From Cycas panzhihuaensis (Eukaryota > Plantae > Cycadophyta), in assembly GCA_023213395.1 (NCBI GenBank), contig CM041465.1, positions 156,123,741 to 156,187,740 on the forward strand: a DNA stretch of 64,000 bases, given 5' to 3'. The notes under the pieces were generated by a model, which did not search any database, had not been told where the DNA came from, and saw nothing but the letters and a program-made list of their open reading frames with translations. Of the stretch, positions 37,047 to 48,439 are shown one piece after another. The translations under genes were made by a program, and so were the position numbers. The number at the start of each line of letters is the position of its first letter. Position 1 is the first letter of the stretch.

Positions 37047-37889
37047 CTTGATAATGCCCCCGGTTTTTAGTTTAGGAATTCCACAATATTCTTCTTCACC
37101 AACTTATACACGCTCTCATCTGGGCTTTTCAAGGACAACCTCTTCATTCCAGAGACGGGTACATACTTCCGATACTGCAAAGCCATATTTATTAAAGAGT
37201 TTGCAGTTCCATAGTCGTCAAGTTAATTATTTTTCAGAGAAACCTGTCTGTCTCAGCAAGCTCATCTTGTGTTGGAGCCTTAGTTTAATCTCATCTATAA
37301 GAACCTCTTCAAGAGTCCAACAGGCCTTCAAAGGAAAACTCCATAGGTGTTTGAACCTCACATTGATGACGGTCTAGCGGCCCGTTACCCTCTGGTCAAC
37401 ATGCTGTGCAAAATCAGATGGATACTCTTCACCCTTAACAGGTATAAGAGATATTCCACTGACACAACAAATAGATCCAACCCTAATTCGCTTCTACAAG
37501 GTGAAATCTGAGTCGGCTGGAGGTTGGTTGCAATCCAGTGGTGATTTTGTGGAATTGCCAGCGGGCATGTAAGACCTGAGGTTGCTTCTCCAACTTCATC
37601 TTGTCCGAACAAGAGACCTGCCTGGGAGAGTTTGCTCTAACGGCCAAGATCGACTTGGTATATGCTCGCTACTTCTTCAAGGCCATTGCCGCCAAGAATT
37701 GACCTGCAGAAATAGTGGACGCCACGCCTTTGCTCTTCGGATCTTAGATGCCATTGTAGAACCTACGTCGCTCCAACGCCATTGACGAACTTGCGTTCAT
37801 CCACGAAGCTCCGTCGACCTGCATCACGCCATCGCCGTCGCCATCGCCAATGCGATAAATAGGTAGGGTTTCTACCCTTTACCCCCCTG

Positions 37890-38950
37890 GATCCCACTTT
37901 CAATTAAAACTTAATTTTGTGTTTCAAAATAAATCAAACCCGTCAGTCCACGCCCTTGTTTTTTTGTTTTATTTGTTTTGTTTTTTTTTTTTTTTTATTT
38001 AAATCAAAGCCCCCCCTATTATACTTTGATTTAAATCAACCCCCTTTTTTATAATACCTTTATTAAAACAAATTTATATACCACCCCCCCCCCCCCCCAA
38101 TAACACCCCCTCTTTTATTATTTTGATTATTTAATCAAATCGAATAACCTCCCTTACATTTTACTCTTAACCTTTTTTCAATGTTAAAATTAATCCTTCT
38201 CCTCTACAATACTTTAATGATAAAACATTAGCCCCCTCCCTTTTTTTTTTTGATGAAACATAAGCTCAACCCCCCTCTCTTTTTCCTTATTATGTTTCTT
38301 TTTTGATTAAATTTTGTATTGTATACTTAATTTAAATCAAATACAATCCCTCTTTTTCTATTATGCCTTGATTCTAAAATAAATCTATACCCTTCTATTA
38401 CTCTTTAATGATTAAAATTAACCCTTTTATCACTACATTTTAATGTTAAAAATTATTTCAAATTAACATAGTTAATTTTAAGAAAATTAAAATTAACCTT
38501 TTACTTATATTTAATCAAATACATTTTTTTTATTATATTCATTATTATTTCTCTCCAACACTTTATTATTAATTTCTGAATTAACTTTTTCTTTCCTTTC
38601 ACACTTAATCTATAGAGTTGAATTATGCCATTTAATCCTTAAAATTATATATCTATTTCTTAAAATAAAAAGAGAAATTAAATACCTTAGTTACAAAGTT
38701 GTTTTACTTTGTTAAGAGGAATTGTTTATTTTTTAAGAGGGATTTTTTATTTTGAAAGAGGACAGTCTATTTTCAAAAAGGGGATTGTTTATTAAACAAG
38801 GACTTTTTTATTCAAAGTAAAGGAGGACTATTTTTTCTAAGGGAGACTATTTCTCTAAAGGGGACTATTTCTCTAAAGGGGACTATTTTTCTAAAGAGAA
38901 CTGTTTTTCAAAAATGATTGCTTAAGGAACTGTTTTTAAGAAGTTGTTTG
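37890..38950 (+). repeat. Low-complexity degenerate tandem repeats in the long 5' UTR of copia E
   Basis: C-run/T-run units (AAATCAA-CCCCC-TTTT) at 37890-38450, then roughly 20-bp GGGACTATTT(T)CTAAAG units at 38710-38940. Confidence 0.75.
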
Positions 38951-39112
38951 TTTATTTTTGTTTAAAAACACATGATCTTAAAATCAATTAATGCATACTA
39001 AGATGTCTTTGTGAATTAGATCTGTTAACAAGATTAGTACTTTCACTAGGTAATTATTTTTTTAGTCACTTTCATAACTTTTCAATCTACAAACAAACCT
39101 CAACACTCCGAT

Positions 39113-42100
39113 ATGGCATTAATGCCAGGGACAGTCACTTGCGTTCCAATTCCAGTATTAACCGGCTCAAACTATGCCGACTGGAGGAATCGCATATCCC
39201 ATCAGCTCAAACAGCAAAAAGTATGGCGATATGTGACAGGTGAATTCCAAAAACCAAAAGCAGATGCTACTGAGAGTCTTATGGTATATCTGATGAACTC
39301 AGATACCACATTAGGCACCATATTAAACTCACTCTCACCAAATCACCGGTTTCGAAAAGATGACTTAGCCACTGTCTGGAAAACCTTGGAAGAAAAATAT
39401 GACAAGGTTGATACACATCAAGTAGCTATCCTAGAAGAACAATTGTATAATCTGACTTTTGACGATTTCTCAAATGTTGGGGATTTTTTAACTAAAATCC
39501 AATCAATTAATAAAGATCTAGATAACTGCATTAAATCCAAAACCAAAGAAGGTGATATAGAAAAAATAACTACGCATGTCAAAGACGACGACACGCTCAT
39601 ATGTCTTGCAGTCAACAAATTACCAAAACACTTTAATCTTTACCAAGCTGCCAGACAACAAGCTGGCAATCCACCTATCACATTCAATCAGCTGACAAAC
39701 CAGCTGATTGAACATCATACAATGTTAATTAGAATAGGTGCAATAAAAGATCATTCACAGGCTTTGTTTTCTAAAACTAAGCCACAATTTAAAAACAAAC
39801 AACAGAATAACAATTTTCAAAAATTCCAGATACCTCATCGAGGTTCACCATCTAATTCTCAAAATAATGCTAAATATTCTGGTCCAACTAAAAACCAGAA
39901 TACTTCTAATCAATTCGTTTCTAATAGAAACAATGCATCTTCTTCTCAGAACACTAGTTGTGCCCATCTTGTCATAAAAGAGGCCATACTATTGATGTCT
40001 CAGAGAAGTAGAATAGCTTCTAAGCATGGAAAGCTTCCAAGGGATTGCAAAATAAACCGCAATCCCATTCTCAATCCCATTTTCAATCACATTCACAATC
40101 ACGATCACAAAACCATCAATTTCATAATCGTTCTTTTGCAGCAACAACTTCTGCATTTGTTGCTCCTACCAACCAACCACCACAATGGATCCTTGACTGT
40201 AGTGCGTCCCATCGTATGACTGGACACCAGAAAAACTTAACCGCTTATCAATCCGAAACGAACTCTGAAGAAGAGATTTCTTTCGGTAGTGGTAATCAAC
40301 TCAAAGTCAAAGGATCTGGTGATGTTATCCTAAAGGATGGTTCAATCAAGGACGTTTTTTACGTACCTAGTTTGTTACCAAACCTCCTCTCAGTTTATCA
40401 AATCTGCCAGAAAGACCTTGTCGTCGAATTCTGGAAAAAAAAATTTGTCATTAAGGATCCATTACACAAATTCAAACGTATTGCTTCAGGACCTATTGAT
40501 CATAACACAGGTTTCTATAGTCTGACCAGTTTTTAAAATAATAAATCAAAATTTTTTAGTGCCTTCATACAACTCGACTCGACAAAGAACTTTGACATGC
40601 AAGATTTGGCCATACTAGTTATGGCAAGCTGCAATATTTAATTAAGCATGAAATGGTCCATGGTTTACCACCCTTAAACACTGTTTATGGTGTTTGTGAA
40701 GCCTGTGTGAGAGGCAAACAACACATGGATCCATTTCCACACAAAACTCAATATCAAGCAACTGCTCCACTCGAACTTGTCCACTCTGATATATGTGGGC
40801 CTTTTCATGTACTATCATACTCAGGATCTCGTTATTTCGTTACATTCATAGATGATTATTCAAGAAAATGTTGGGTTTATATGCTCAAAACACGCAGTCA
40901 AGTGTTTGACATTTTCGTTGAATATAAAATGTTAGCAGAAAGTCAATCTAATTCAAGAATCAAAATATTCCGATATGATAATGCTAAGGAATATTTAAGT
41001 AGAAATTTTACCTCTTTCTGCAAATCACATGGAATTAAATTCCAACATTCAGTTGCATACACGCCTCAACAAAACGGTGTTGCTGAATGCAAAAACCGTA
41101 CTCTTGTTGAAATGACTCATTGCATGTTACATGCAAAGAATCTCGATTTAAAATTATGGGCAGAAGCAATTAACTGCTCTGATTATTTATTAAATCGTTT
41201 ACCCAGTCAATGTCTACAAAACGTCACTCCAGAACAAAAATGGTCTGGAAGAAAACCATCTGTCCAACATTTACGAATCTTTGGCAGTATCGCGTGGGGA
41301 CATATCCCTCACGAAAAACGTAAAAAGTTAGATAAAAAAAGTCAAAAATACATCTTCGTTGGCTACAGTGAAGAGAGCAAGGCCTATAGACTTTTAGATC
41401 TAGTCATGCATAACATTTCTATTTTGCGTGATGTAGTATTTGATGAAGAAGGATCTACTTCAACATCTACTTATGTAGAACTTCCTGTTGAAGATTTGTT
41501 AACCAACACTTGTTTGGTTGACCCTTTTGATAAACAAGTTGATTCAAAAATTATAGATTCTTTATCAACTCAAGTCCAAAATTGGACTCTATCAGAACCC
41601 ACTGAAACAGATCCTTCTCTTCAAGCTAGTACTCAAATCAACCTACAACCTCAGATACAGTTACTGACAAGTAACCTGTTTGGGCAACCAAAATGCCTGC
41701 TGATGTTGGATCTGATGTAGGCATTCCTACTGATACTAGGCGTACACGTGCACAAAAACTACATGCAAATTTTGCCTTAATGGCAAAAATAATGGAAAAC
41801 AATGATCCCAAAACTTTTAAACAAGCCAAAGAACAATCCTCAGATGGCAAGATGCTATGCGATCAATTTGTCGCTTTAATTAAAAATTCCACCGGGATCT
41901 TGTTCCTCTCCCACCGGAAAAATGTAGTCAATCAGAATGGGTTTATAGGACTAAATATAATTCAACAGCGCAGGTAAAAATATAAAGCTCGCCTTTGTTG
42001 CCAAAGGATTTTCCCAAATAGATGGCATTGACTATAATGAAACCTTTGCCCTCGCCGCAAAGATGAATACAATCAAGACAATTATTGCTCTTGCAGCCAA

Positions 42101-43342
42101 GTTTGGTTGGGAAATCCACCAAATGGATGTTAAGAGTGCTTTCTTGAATGGTGATCTCAAAGAAGAGATCTACATGTCACGACCACCGGATTCATTGAAA
42201 ATCCTAATTTAGTCTGCAAACTTAAAAAATCTATTTATGGTTTAAAACAAGCTCCTCGAGCTTGGTATACCAAAGTTGATGATTACTTAATCCACATTGG
42301 ATACACTAGATGTATTAGTGATCTAAATCTTAATTTTAAACGTGAAAATGAAAATCTTACCATTCTAATCCTCTATGTTGATGACATTATTATCACTGGA
42401 TCATCAACCCATAATATTCATCATCTCAAATCAACTTTAATGAACAAATTTGAAATGACCGATTTAGGTCTATTACATTACTTTCTAGGTTTACAAGTTT
42501 ATCAAAATCAATCAAATATAACACTATCTCAACCTAAGTATATTCTTGATTTAATTCAGCGGTTTAACATGGAAAATGCTAAACCTGTATCCAATCCTTT
42601 ACAATCAGGAGTTAAATTGTCTACTGATTGTTCAACTCCATTATATGATCCAACTCTATATAGACAACTCATTGGTAGTCTAATCTATCTTACTCATACC
42701 CGACCTGACATTTCTTATGCTGTTGCCTTATGCTCCCGATATATACAACAACCACACAAATCTCACTGGAAAGCAGCTAAACAAATCTTACGCTATCTAA
42801 AGAATATTGTGTTTTATGGTTTAACTTATAACTTTGGTAATAAACCACTAACATTAACTGGATATACTGATTCCGATTGGGCAGGTGATTCAAATGATTG
42901 TAAATCTACTTCAGGTTATGTATTTTTTATTGATTCCTCACCTATTACTTGGTCTAGCAAAAAAATGCAGGCACTAGCGTTATCAACAACTGAAGCCGAA
43001 TATCGAGCATTAGTCGAAGCTGGTAAAGAAGCACTTTGGCTAAAATCACTACTAAATGAAATTGGTCTGACTCTAAACTCTTCAATTGAAATTAAAGTTG
43101 ATAATCAAGGTGCAATTGCTATTGCTACTAATCCTGTTTCTCATTCTAGAACTAAACATATTGAATTACATCAACATTTTATTCGCAATTTAGTTACTGA
43201 TAATCTTGTTTGTTTGTCTTATTGTCCAACAGATTTACAGATTGCTGACATTCTTACGAAGTCATTACCTGAACCAAAGTTTTTAAATCTCAGAGATTTA
43301 TTGCAGATAAAAGAAGTCTCCATCAAAGGGGGATCACCGTGA
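39113..43342 (+). pseudogene. Copia E gag-pol with a few frameshifts and stops
   Basis: LTGSNYADW gag; WILDCSASHRMT protease; LELVHSDICGP and PQQNGVAE integrase; QMDVKSAFLNG, LYVDD RT; GYTDSDWAG and RTKHIE RNase H. Confidence 0.95.
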
Positions 43343-43386
43343 TGAAGCTCTTTTTTCTCCCAGACAAAGTTTACATTAAAGGGGGA

Positions 43387-43817
43387 TGTTAGATTATATA
43401 ATGTAAACTTATGTTTCTTAATGTTATTATTTAAGTCACATGTCTTAAAAATTATTTAAATGATTGTAAAGTTGTAAACTTATGTTAAATATTAATTGAT
43501 TTGTGGATGGTCGTTGAAATGCGGAACCGCATTCCAACGAACCTCCGTCCTATTTATTAATCTCCTAGGTTCATGGAATTGGTTCCAGGAATCTAGGAGG
43601 TCTGTCCATATGCCTGAAACAAGGCTATTTTAGGGGGTTGTTTTTTGTATAGTGGTTTTCATTTATTTATTAATAAAAACTTAGATTATGAGGTGGTTTT
43701 TCTTCCCCAGAAGGGGTTTTCCACCTATCAACCCTGTGTACATGTGCATTGTCTCTCTCTTGTGTTTCTCTTCAGTTCCTGTAATACTTTGACTATGTAC
43801 ATGTGCCTGTTCTATCA
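43387..43817 (+). repeat. 3' LTR of copia E
   Basis: Direct repeat of 36092-36522. Confidence 0.97.
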
Positions 43818-44542
43818 AAATTGAAACCATGACGGTTGGGACCCTACTAAGTGGAAAAGATTTATCCTAACAGATCAGTTCAACTGCAAGAAGTGAATGG
43901 TTATAAACTGCCTACCCTAGTCAACGACAATAGGTTGAAAAAATATCACCATTAAAGCATACCCCTCCAGTACAAGTCAATTGGAAGTATAATACATGCT
44001 ACGTGAAGTTGCAGACAACTAAAGTTGTCCTAGTACCGATACAAAGACTCAACACCAGTGCATAAACATAAAAACTTCTTACAAAGTAACTAAAAAACAG
44101 AAAAAAAACTCATCATAACTCGCAAAAATTATACACCTAGATAAAGGTCAAAGAGAATTACACCTTGCATCCCAAATTTGGAATGTAAACAAGCAAAAAA
44201 ATCCAGCAGAATATGATACATTCCTCATAGGGGATGGAAGAGACAAAAATTGGCCAGAAATTGGAACCTTTCCAAAAATGGAATGGACTGAACTGCATGC
44301 ATTCCCAGATAGGAATGCGACCCAAACAGATGAAAAAAAAAGTGTATTATAAGTACCAGAACCCTATAATCATTCTGACATTTGAACGCATGAAGGAAAG
44401 GAGAGTAATACAACCCTAAAGAGGAACGACCACTTCAATTGTCCAAACCAGGGAACGCACGTCCAACAAAAAGGTGCAAGTCCCTCAAAAGGATCCATTG
44501 TTGAATCCTGTTTTTTTTCATACATTCCCCTCTGGCCATAGG

Positions 44543-45630
44543 ATGAAAATTGCAGGTATCTAGGAGACCTATTTGCCAAAATTCCAGGGAGAATTCAAGG
44601 AGTTACCGGATAATTATAGGGCAAGAATTAAACAAGTTGGATGGGAGGATTTTGTTATCATGCCTCCTCTGTATTGGGACCCAGAAATCATGGAGGAAAT
44701 CATCATAGCCGTGAAATGGAATAGGGAGAAGGTAAAGATAGATGCAACAGCCATTTATAAGATTACATGGTTATCCAAGGAAGGAGAAACCCCCATGGTT
44801 ACAAAGAAATTAGAGGTAGATTGAGAAACATGGACAAAGGAACTATGTGCCCTAGATATTCAGGTTTACTCTAGGGGCATAAGAATTGTGGATATCTCAG
44901 ATAGGAAATTACAGTGGGCTGCTAAAGTTCTAGTATCCAAATTTTTATCAAAGCAGAAGCATACATACATTCCTGGAGGATTAGTACCCCTACTTCTAGC
45001 ATTCCGAGATGAGGTAGAAATAAACTGGTGTGAGTTCTTTGCCAACGACATGGAGCAACAGTTTGGGGAACTTCAAACCCTCCCCTTTAGAGAGCCATCA
45101 TTGTTATTGGCTTTATTATTCCAGCAGTGCCCGGACATTAATCCCCCTTTCTTACTTATCCAACCTAGGGAACCTATGATAAAGAAATGGATTAATATTC
45201 TGCCAACCGGTACCCAAGATCCAAGAGTGAAGTGATAGGCCAAAGAGAGATGGCCAAAGTATTTAAATGGGTACAACATAAATCAGGGACCTCCTTTCCA
45301 CTTTGCCAAAAGTAGGCAACCAAAAGAGGTACCAAAAGGAGTAGAGGACAGAAAAAAGCAGAGGAGCTACCAAAGGAATGGGAAATGGAGCTCCCTCCCA
45401 CAGTTACAGAACCAAGGGAAGGTTCCTCACAGATGCCTTTAAGTGAAAAGGATACACAAATCATCCAGTTATTGTAAGAATTAGAATAAGGGTACAAGGC
45501 ACACATATTGAAGTTGTAGGAGAAGATTAAGGAGAAAGACACAATAATAGCCACCCTAACACAAATAAATGAAGACATGTTGAGATTCATCAAGCCATCA
45601 AAAGAACCAAGACTGCATGAGCAGTCCTAA
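44543..45630 (+). pseudogene. Extra 3' ORF of gypsy C (plant mobile domain / transposon-protein-like, with coiled-coil tail)
   Basis: Fragments 44573-44824 and 44888-45235 are in one frame; homologous to 47010-47813 on the minus strand (SKQKHTYIP, NWCEF, EP.IKKWINI). Confidence 0.75.
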
Positions 45631-45712
45631 TTGCAAAAAGGGGGGGAGGAGGAAGCCAAGAAGAACAAAATTTTTGAAAATTTTGAATTGAGCACAGATG
45701 CTCAACCATTTT

Positions 45713-46428
45713 TGTTGACATCGGATAGATGTTGTCATTATATTTGACACCTGTGCATCCATTAGAGGGAATGTATGACGAAACAATGGATATTTTGCAG
45801 GGCAACTATTAGGCATGCTTTTGGGACAAAGAACGGATGAATCAGAGTGCAAAACACAGTCCATCCTATAGTAGGAACGGATGTTGAACGCACGAACGAA
45901 TGATGAACGCAGGGACGCATCGAGCAGAAAAAGGAATGGTTGCAGTACAACAAAAGAATGAAGGACAAAACATACATAACACGTAGACAACCATACGTGT
46001 TAAGGAACGAATTAGAGGTTAACAAAGTATGGTTAAGGACTAAAGAGGCATCCATTCGGGAAAATAGACGGTTGTGATTGTTAGTCGTAATTGTTCTGTA
46101 ACAGGGATGCACCGTGTATTTAAACACATCCGCTTGTTGGAATGGATGTGAGAGTCAAGTGAGTGGTACGGTTGACCAGTCAGACCTATACGGATTATAT
46201 GTGATGTAATAATTGACTATTGCCTAATGGAATAATAGAGTTACGTGGAAAAGCATGTGTACTCATTAAGGAATGCATGGTGAATGTATGTGTATAAGCT
46301 TATATGTGGACTTATGTGGCCTAATAAATAAAGATTATGTATGTTGACCATGTGCACACACCCTAGATTACAGTGGAAACACTTGACGAGTGAAGATCTT
46401 GCAGTAGAGAGCAGATTTTAAGTCAACA
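45713..46428 (+). repeat. 3' LTR of gypsy C
   Basis: TGTTGAC...GTCAACA inverted termini; TATTTAAA; preceded by a purine tract at 45635-45660. Confidence 0.8.
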
Positions 46429-47009
46429 TCATGCATTCATCATCACATCAATAGAAACACATAGAAGACATAAGTTTCTTGTAACTTTGGTATTTCATTA
46501 AACAAAATCACTATTTACATGGCATTCTGTCATACAATATTATCCGTACATTGCTTGGTTGGTTGTCCGTACCAAACCAAGCCCCAATAGATCACTAAAC
46601 TCGGCTCTCGCATCAATCTCGTCATATGGACAAGTTTAAATAGGTCATGCATGCTTGTTAGGGAATGGTTGTGACCAGGAGTCACAATTGTCCCTTGTTT
46701 GTAATGCATCTCTCTTCATAACTAACCCTAGGTTAACCATTGTGTTTACTAAACATTCCACGTGTGTGTTCGTACTGTCTCGTCCACATGGATTCCTTCT
46801 GACTTGAACATTTTGCATTTGTTCCTTATGCATTTCTCGACTGTGTTGTATGCATTCTATGCTTGTAGTGCATTCTTGCAATGGAACACACAATCTTCTC
46901 TGCTCATTGTTTGTTGGTTCTTGTCTATTCCTCTTTTCAAACATCTACTAGATGGCTTTCTTGCATTTATTAGTCATATCAAATCTCAACTACCATACAT
47001 TCCTACCTT

Positions 47010-47813
47010 TGGGTTCCTATCTTGGTACTCTTTTTGCTTATTTGTTGGTCATAGAAGAAAAGAGATTCCTGGCTTGTGCTGAATCCATTTTAGGATTTTA
47101 CCCATTTCTACCCAGACTTGCCTCTTTACTGCTGAATCTTGAATGGTATTGGGCATTATGTTTATCCATTTCTTAATTACAGGCTCTCCTGGACAAATGG
47201 GCAAGCATGGAGGTTTAGCATCTAAACGCTGTTGGAATAGTATGGCCAATAAGAGCGGTGGGTGTCTAAAAGGGTGGGTATGTAGCTCTCCAAATTGTTG
47301 CTCTATGCTACTCGCCAAAAATTCACACCAATTCATCTGGACCCCCTCGCTAACCAATGGTAAAATGGCCATCATACCACTTGGGATGTAGGTATGCTTT
47401 TGTTTAGAAACAAATTTTGTCACAATGATTTTGGATACCTACTACAACCTTTTATCCCATATATCAATGATTCTAATTCCTCCATAATAGACTTGGGTAT
47501 CTAGGTTGCAGAGTTCATGAATCCATATTTCTTGCTCTACCTCTGATCGTCTTATGACTGTTGGACTCTCTCCCTCCTTGGAGAGTCCTATAATGGCATG
47601 AATGGACTTTGAACTAACCTCTATTTTTTCCATGTTTGCTTTTATGGCTATTAAAATCTACTCTATGCCTTCAAAATCCCAATGCAATGGAGGAATCAAG
47701 ATGTAATCCACCCATCCTGCCTGTTTTATTTTTCCCTGAAAGGAGACTAGTAATTCCTCAAATTCTGCCTATAACTTAGGTAAATAGGTCTCTTGGATTC
47801 TTGCAATCTTCAT
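47010..47813 (-). pseudogene. Extra 3' ORF of gypsy F, truncated
   Basis: ORFs 47442-47633 and 47049-47423 are homologous to the extra ORF of C. Confidence 0.75.
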
Positions 47814-48439
47814 CTTGTGGATGAAGGAAGGGAATGGAGATAATTAAGAATTAATAATCAGAATAAATGCAAGAAACTTACAAAACCCTAGCTCGTTCAT
47901 TACTTTGGATGTATGTTGTATTTTTTACTGTTGTGCAATCATTGGCTTGGACATAGGATTAGATGCACCCTTGTTGAGCTTTTGTCCTTGATAAAGGACC
48001 TGACATTAGTCGAATATTGAATCTGGGTTGTCATCAACACCTGCTCATGTGCATTCTTCCATCAGAATGGTCTCAAGAACGCAAGATATATTTGGTTGTT
48101 TAAACTCTTTTATTAGGTGCATTCCTATTTGTGTTCCATTTATGGAACATATAGTGTAATTTATGCTTGTTTGGGCCCCTTTCTAATTCGTACGTTCCAT
48201 CCCTATTCCAAATTTACAATGTATAATGTATTTATTTGGAAAAGATGCCTAAATTATATTTCCTTTTGTCCATGATTTTGCTTAAGTGTATGGTTTTGCA
48301 AGTTATGATTGATTTTGTTTCTTTTATTTTTGGTGATTTTGTTTTTTTATGCATCAAATAGAATCCTGAGTCTGGTACTAAGACAACTTTGGTTGTCTGC
48401 AACTGCAAGCAATCCATAATATACATTCATTTGATTCTT

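Larger units (their letters stand above)
36092..43817 (+). mobile_element. Full-length Ty1/copia retrotransposon E (7726 bp) carrying a captured host-gene fragment
   Basis: 431-bp LTRs at 36092-36522 and 43387-43817 (about 16 mismatches by manual count); TSD AAATT at 36087-36091 and 43818-43822; PBS TGGTATCAGAGC at 36523-36534; PPT ends at 43386. Confidence 0.97.
26760..46428 (+). mobile_element. Gypsy C (non-chromovirus, Athila-related); 5' LTR missing; host to nested insertions D/TRIM and E
   Basis: gag-PR-RT-RH-INT order; integrase resumes at 35772 and 43818 after the insertions; 3' LTR 45713-46428 with TGTTGAC...GTCAACA; colinear with element F. Confidence 0.9.

Noticed and set aside
37003-37377. 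Plus-strand 124-aa ORF as a second captured gene
   Set aside because: Non-ATG start, no recognisable motif, and it overlaps the Enkurin-like ORF in antisense
46762-47082. Hydrophobic ORF as an env-like membrane protein
   Set aside because: It lies antisense in T-rich LTR sequence and is not conserved as a frame in the partner LTR
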